Assembly (NCBI GenBank): GCA_043797085.1
Contig: JAZDQA010000006.1
Coordinates: 1 to 64,000 of the forward strand
Direction: 5' to 3'
Length of the DNA: 64,000 nt
Origin: Pseudomonadota bacterium
GTDB lineage: Bacteria > Campylobacterota > Campylobacteria > Campylobacterales > Sulfurimonadaceae
The notes below the pieces were generated by a model. It had not been told where the DNA came from. It made no database searches and saw only the letters and a program-made list of their open reading frames with translations. Made by a program: the position numbers and the translations under genes. Of the stretch, positions 59,726 through 64,000 are shown piece by piece. Each line of letters opens with the position of its first letter. Positions within the stretch are counted from its first letter, which is position 1.

Positions 59726-60526
59726 TCATTGGGTTATATCTCTTGGATAATTAAAATCATGATTAAGGGTACGGGATGTCAATTTTGCGATAATCGGCAT
59801 CTTCCGTTTGAACTGATTTTGATAAATTTTACGAATAATTAACTCTACTAATTCACTTTTTTCGCCACTCTCTAATAATTCATCGCGCGTTAAGCGTGAT
59901 TCAACGTACAGCTTTAACACACGATCAAGATCAGAATATGGATAGCCAATCTCATTTTCGTCACTCTGCCCTTCCCATAAATCTGCAGAAGGAGGTTTAG
60001 AAAGTATCGCGTCGTTCACGCCTAAATAGTGTGCGAGCTCAAACACTTCGGTTTTGTACAAATCACCGATGGGATTCAACGCACTCGCCAAATCTCCATA
60101 AAGTGTCCCATAGCCAAGCATCAATTCACTTTTATTGCTTGTGCCCAATACCAAAGCATTCTCGCGCGCAGAAATATCAAACAGTGTCACCATTCGTAAC
60201 CTAGCCGAGAGATTTCCAACCCGAAGAGGTGACATATCTGCTGTTTGATAAGCACGTAACAAAGGTTCTATACTCTGGGTCTCACTACGCAGTCCGAACG
60301 TTGCACACAAGGCATCGGCATCATTCAGCGAGCTTTGCGATGAATAGTGAGACGGCATTTTGACGCACAGCAAATCATCTCCGAATGCTTTGTGCGCCAA
60401 CACTGCCACCACAGCTGAATCCAGCCCGCCACTAAGCCCTACGACCACTTTTTTAAAGCCAGTTTTGAGAACTTCTGATTGTAAAAAACCGACCAAATAA
60501 CGGCTGATTAATTCATACTTGTTCAC
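59726..60526 (-). CDS. nadE: NH3-dependent NAD+ synthetase
   Basis: GLSGGLDSAV, GNLSARLRM, GTSNKSE, GDLYKTEV, KPPSADLW. Confidence 0.96.
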   Translation of the reverse strand: MNKYELISRYLVGFLQSEVLKTGFKKVVVGLSGGLDSAVVAVLAHKAFGDDLLCVKMPSHYSSQSSLNDADALCATFGLRSETQSIEPLLRAYQTADMSPLRVGNLSARLRMVTLFDISARENALVLGTSNKSELMLGYGTLYGDLASALNPIGDLYKTEVFELAHYLGVNDAILSKPPSADLWEGQSDENEIGYPYSDLDRVLKLYVESRLTRDELLESGEKSELVELIIRKIYQNQFKRKMPIIAKLTSRTLNHDFNYPRDITQ

Positions 60527-60586
60527 ACAAACACCTTATTGAAATTTTAACTATTTGCATTATAACTAATTTTTTGCGTTAAGTTG

Positions 60587-61399
60587 TTAACACTTTACTA
60601 ATGATATACGTTTCAGTTCACCATCACTAAATCCGGCAGATACTCTCGCTTCACAGTTGATTCCCACTTTACGAGGGAAACTGCTTGGATAGTGACGCTC
60701 GATGATCTCAAAATAAACATCCGGATGAATTTTCTCACGCTCACACGCCACTTTAAACCATCGATCGCCTCTGTGGACATGGTCGATTTCCTCATCCAAA
60801 ATAATCTGCAATGCCTGAATTATTTTCCCAACCATCGGATTCATTTTCAAAGACTCAAGTTTGGACACAATAAGCGGCGTGGCATCCAACCCGTTTGCTT
60901 CCAAATAGCGAGGGACAACCGCCATCCGTTCCAATAAACTCATCGTATTGAGCGACGCTTCAAACAATCCATTATGAACAGGAAATTCACCGTAAAAACT
61001 TCCAAATTCCTGCAACAATCCTTCAATCATTAGAAAATGACGCACCTCATCGTCCGCAACTTTGAGCCAATCATCATTAAATTCATCCCCAACATCCCGA
61101 AATCGATACACCGCATCCAACGCTAAATCTATGGCACTGTATTCGATATGAGCAATCGAATGTAAAAGCTGTATTTGACCGCGAACACCACCCAATTTTT
61201 GCCGTTTGACAATCTCTTTTGGGTCTATGACGGTACAAAAATTATGATAAGAGGGATGAGCAAATACCTCTATAGGTGTCGAATTATCTCGCGTTATCTC
61301 CCCGTGAAGATAGGCGGTATAAAAATGGTTAAAAAGTTCTATCTTCTCAATAGTCGAAGGGGCAGTTAAAATTGATTTCAGTGTTGTGTAAAGTTTCAT
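60587..61399 (-). CDS. Ferritin-like DUF455 family protein
   Basis: LLHSIAHIEYSAIDLALD, DEVRHF, LEANGLD, EEIDHV..GDRWF. Confidence 0.92.
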   Translation of the reverse strand: MKLYTTLKSILTAPSTIEKIELFNHFYTAYLHGEITRDNSTPIEVFAHPSYHNFCTVIDPKEIVKRQKLGGVRGQIQLLHSIAHIEYSAIDLALDAVYRFRDVGDEFNDDWLKVADDEVRHFLMIEGLLQEFGSFYGEFPVHNGLFEASLNTMSLLERMAVVPRYLEANGLDATPLIVSKLESLKMNPMVGKIIQALQIILDEEIDHVHRGDRWFKVACEREKIHPDVYFEIIERHYPSSFPRKVGINCEARVSAGFSDGELKRISLVKC

Positions 61400-61444
61400 A
61401 GTAGCAATTATGCTAGAATTTGATTAAAAAAAGAAGTAATTAAC

Positions 61445-62038
61445 ATGGAAATCCTAAAACAGCCAATGGGCGAGTATCAGACGAATTGTTATATCGTCAA
61501 AATAGAGGGTAAAGATATTATCATCGATCCGGGTGTTGGAGCAACACAGTGGGTGATGGAAAACGTCACTAATCCTATCGCGATTCTCAATACCCACGGA
61601 CATTTTGACCATGTATGGAGCAATCAGGAACTCAAAGAAAAATTAAATATTCCTCTTTACACACCAAAAGGGGATATTCCTTTACTTACGAACAGTACGT
61701 TTATGCCTGATTTGCCTGCTTCATACCCTGATGTTGAAGTGGATGGGGATGTGACGTTTGATTTAGAAGGGATTGAGGTAAAGTTTCACCATTTTCCGGG
61801 GCATTGTCCTGGATGTTCGATGATTGAGATTGGGGATGTCATGTTTAGCGGAGATTTTTTGTTTCACAATTCCATCGGACGATACGACTTTCCCTATTCA
61901 AGCCCGTCTGATATGAAAAAAAGTTTGGAAAAAATGAAGTTATTGAAAGACGATAAAACTCTGTATCCGGGGCATGGAGGAAGCACAACCCTCTTTAACG
62001 AGAAACGCAATGCCGATTATTGGTTGCGTATGCTCTAA
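61445..62038 (+). CDS. Metallo-beta-lactamase-fold hydrolase (glyoxalase II/YcbL-like)
   Basis: THGHFDH, PGHCPG, FSGDFLF, YPGHG. Confidence 0.93.
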   Translation: MEILKQPMGEYQTNCYIVKIEGKDIIIDPGVGATQWVMENVTNPIAILNTHGHFDHVWSNQELKEKLNIPLYTPKGDIPLLTNSTFMPDLPASYPDVEVDGDVTFDLEGIEVKFHHFPGHCPGCSMIEIGDVMFSGDFLFHNSIGRYDFPYSSPSDMKKSLEKMKLLKDDKTLYPGHGGSTTLFNEKRNADYWLRML

Positions 62039-62042
62039 ATCT

Positions 62043-62123
62043 CGAAAAACATATTTTTCGTAGCTTTAGGGGGTTGTAGGGACGTTTGTCCCTGCCACTA
62101 AAACGGACGAGTTCGTTTTAGTG
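62043..62123. repeat. Three-hairpin intergenic element between convergent genes
   Basis: CGAAAAA/TTTTTCG; GTAGGGAC-GTTT-GTCCCTGC; CACTAAAACG-GACGAGTT-CGTTTTAGTG. Confidence 0.65.
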
Positions 62124-62141
62124 CGTAACATCGGATAGTGT

Positions 62142-62606
62142 TTATTCTTCAATATTTTTAAGTAAATCAAGGCGGAGAATGTGACGCTCCGTAATGACCG
62201 TTTTAAAATCACCTTCAAAAACTTTTATTTCATGAACGTATCCTTTGACACTCACGGTACGTTTGCGCCCTTCTTTTTGATGTTCTATGGCTTCAAAAGT
62301 AACTTTATCTCCTACACGTACAGGGGATAAAAACAAACAGCTTGAGGATGCCAAAACAACATTGGGTTCATTTACTGCCGCCATTGCCGCAAAATCAGCC
62401 GCACTGAAAATAAACCCTCCATGCACTAAGCCCAGTTCATCCGCTCTCATGACTTCGATAGTTTCAAGCACTACTGTTGCACTTCCGCGTTCAAGCTTCA
62501 CTACCTCACCGCTAAAAGCACTGTTCACTTTTTCGTGTGTTATTAAACTGTCTTGCTGGTTATTTACTATCTGCAGTAAATTTTTATCATCTTCTTGAGT
62601 TGCCAA
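62142..62606 (-). CDS. PaaI/hotdog-fold thioesterase family protein
   Basis: GLVHGGFIFSAADFAAM, FLSPVRVGD; TTG start. Confidence 0.9.
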   Translation of the reverse strand: MATQEDDKNLLQIVNNQQDSLITHEKVNSAFSGEVVKLERGSATVVLETIEVMRADELGLVHGGFIFSAADFAAMAAVNEPNVVLASSSCLFLSPVRVGDKVTFEAIEHQKEGRKRTVSVKGYVHEIKVFEGDFKTVITERHILRLDLLKNIEE

Positions 62607-62608
62607 TA

Positions 62609-63502
62609 TTACCCCTTCTTAAGTCGGACGTACCCTCGCACTGGTGCCGGGTATCCCTCTACCGTTTTACTACTATCGTCCGGATCGAGAAAATCTTCAA
62701 GGCTTTGAGATTCAATCCATGAAGTTTTACGCTGTTCGTCCGAAGTCGTCAGTACTATTCCTAATACTTCAAAGCTTTTAAAGCCAGCTTTCGTACACCA
62801 ATTTTCCAATGCTTTCAAGGTTGGTACAAAATAAACATTACTGATTTTCGAATATCCTTCACTCGGACAAAGTGCATACGGTTCTTCCCCTTCGATAATA
62901 AAGGTATCAAGATAAAGCTCTCCATCTTTTTCCAATCCGGCATGCAATGCCTTAAGCATTGCGACAGGATCACTACGATGGTACAAAACACCAAGACAAA
63001 AAAGCACGTCAAATTTTTCTTCATAAAACGGTAAATGCTCAACACCAAGCAACTCATATACGATATCACTTTGTACAAAATGGTTAATCAAATCAAACTG
63101 GGATTTAAAAAGAGCCGACGGGTCAAATCCTACTACTTTGGTGGGAGAATCTTCCAGAAAACGAAACATATAATAACCGTTATTACACCCAATGTCTGCT
63201 ACTTTTTTATCCCGAAGATTAAAGTGGGGACGTAAAAAATTGTATTTTTGATCGCTTTTCCATTCGGTATCGATAAAAAGACCAAAAAGATCAAACGGTC
63301 CTTTACGCCATGGCATCATAAGGCGTGCAACGTTTTCCAATTCTAACAGATCAATAGGTTCTTCACTTTGAAGTGTAACCGTATCTCCCAAAATAACCGT
63401 CGTCTTAAGAAGAGGAAGATCGTTTAAGTCACGCCGAAGCGGTGCAATATTTTTCCATGTCATCCATTTCTCACGTTCCGCGCGAACGGCTGATAAATCC
63501 AT
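62609..63502 (-). CDS. cmoB: tRNA U34 carboxymethyltransferase
   Basis: [44 protein letters not shown]. Confidence 0.96.
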   Translation of the reverse strand: MDLSAVRAEREKWMTWKNIAPLRRDLNDLPLLKTTVILGDTVTLQSEEPIDLLELENVARLMMPWRKGPFDLFGLFIDTEWKSDQKYNFLRPHFNLRDKKVADIGCNNGYYMFRFLEDSPTKVVGFDPSALFKSQFDLINHFVQSDIVYELLGVEHLPFYEEKFDVLFCLGVLYHRSDPVAMLKALHAGLEKDGELYLDTFIIEGEEPYALCPSEGYSKISNVYFVPTLKALENWCTKAGFKSFEVLGIVLTTSDEQRKTSWIESQSLEDFLDPDDSSKTVEGYPAPVRGYVRLKKG

Positions 63503-63530
63503 ACTCTATTCCCCAATTCTAAAAGAGACA

Positions 63531-63554
63531 ATTTTAGCAATATTAGGCTAAAAT
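63531..63554. promoter_or_regulatory. Symmetric divergent -10 boxes for cmoB and the CDF gene
   Basis: ATTTTAGC-AATATTAG-GCTAAAAT gives gcTAAAAT on both strands. Confidence 0.6.
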
Positions 63555-63561
63555 CCCCCTC

Positions 63562-64000
63562 ATGCGTATAGAAAAAAAAGCCACTCTCATCTCCAGCACC
63601 GTTGCATTCGTTCTCGTAGCCTTTAAACTCACTGTCGGTATTATCAGCGGTTCCGTTGCCGTATTGGCTTCAGCCGTCGATTCATTACTCGATATGGTTG
63701 TCTCCGCCTTTAACTATTTTGCACTTCATAACTCAGATAAAGAACCCGATGAGCATTTTAACTTCGGACGTCGTAAGCTTGAACCTCTTGCTGCTGTTAT
63801 TGAAGGGACGATCATTAGTCTTTCTGCCCTTTTTATTCTCTATGAAGCCATCTCAAAAATGGTGCAAAATGAGCCGATTAAACATTTAAGTCTTTCTATA
63901 TGGGTTATGGTTGGATCGATGGTAATAACAGCAGGATTGGTTATTTTTCTCAACATAGTGGCAAAAAAAACGGGAAATATGGTAATAAAAGCCGATGCTT
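63562..64000 (+). CDS. Cation diffusion facilitator (FieF-like), 3' truncated by the window edge
   Basis: Manual translation MRIEKKATLISSTVAFVLVAFKLTVGIISGSVAVLASAVDSLLD...PDEHFNFGRRKLEPLA. Confidence 0.9.
   Translation, partial: MRIEKKATLISSTVAFVLVAFKLTVGIISGSVAVLASAVDSLLDMVVSAFNYFALHNSDKEPDEHFNFGRRKLEPLAAVIEGTIISLSALFILYEAISKMVQNEPIKHLSLSIWVMVGSMVITAGLVIFLNIVAKKTGNMVIKADA

Noticed and set aside
2691..63889. Numerous 60-165 aa ORFs antisense or out of frame within long genes (e.g. 9853-10113, 35331-35813, 50351-50842, 57005-57499, 63656-63889)
   Set aside because: Shadow ORFs of well-supported genes with no recognisable motifs or RBS.

Overview
Chromosomal window from a low-GC Campylobacterota (Epsilonproteobacteria) sulfur oxidiser; gene content and order most resemble Sulfuricurvum/Sulfurimonas (inference, no database search was possible). 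Bases 1-21.6 kb are a minus-strand type VI secretion system: tssA-B-C-E-F-G, an inserted lipoprotein + DUF2235/Tle1-like lipase pair, clpV, an uncalled 44-aa lipoprotein, tagH/fha, tssJ-K-L-M, PP2C phosphatase, Ser/Thr kinase, hcp and the probable 5' end of vgrG. This order closely matches the Pseudomonas H2-T6SS rather than the ClpV-less Campylobacter jejuni T6SS. The rest is mostly core genome: parvulin, an ABC exporter, MATE, YcaO, ppsA, a B12 radical SAM enzyme, lpxB, dsbD, ppk2, SulP, thrC, argB, lpxK, nadE, cmoB and a CDF transporter. It also holds a sulfur-oxidation module (FccB/SoxF flavoprotein, Tat Rieske protein, class II cytochrome c, porin). Most notable observations: the effector pair inside the T6SS core; an anti-Shine-Dalgarno element 3' of the porin gene complementary to that gene's own RBS; a 15-bp motif shared upstream of fccB and the porin; a half-DEAD-box pseudo-helicase with 18 hexapeptide repeats; a probable ATC-initiated gene; several probable pseudo-enzymes; and REP/dRS3-like palindromes. 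No rRNA, tRNA, CRISPR array, transposase or integrase was recognised.
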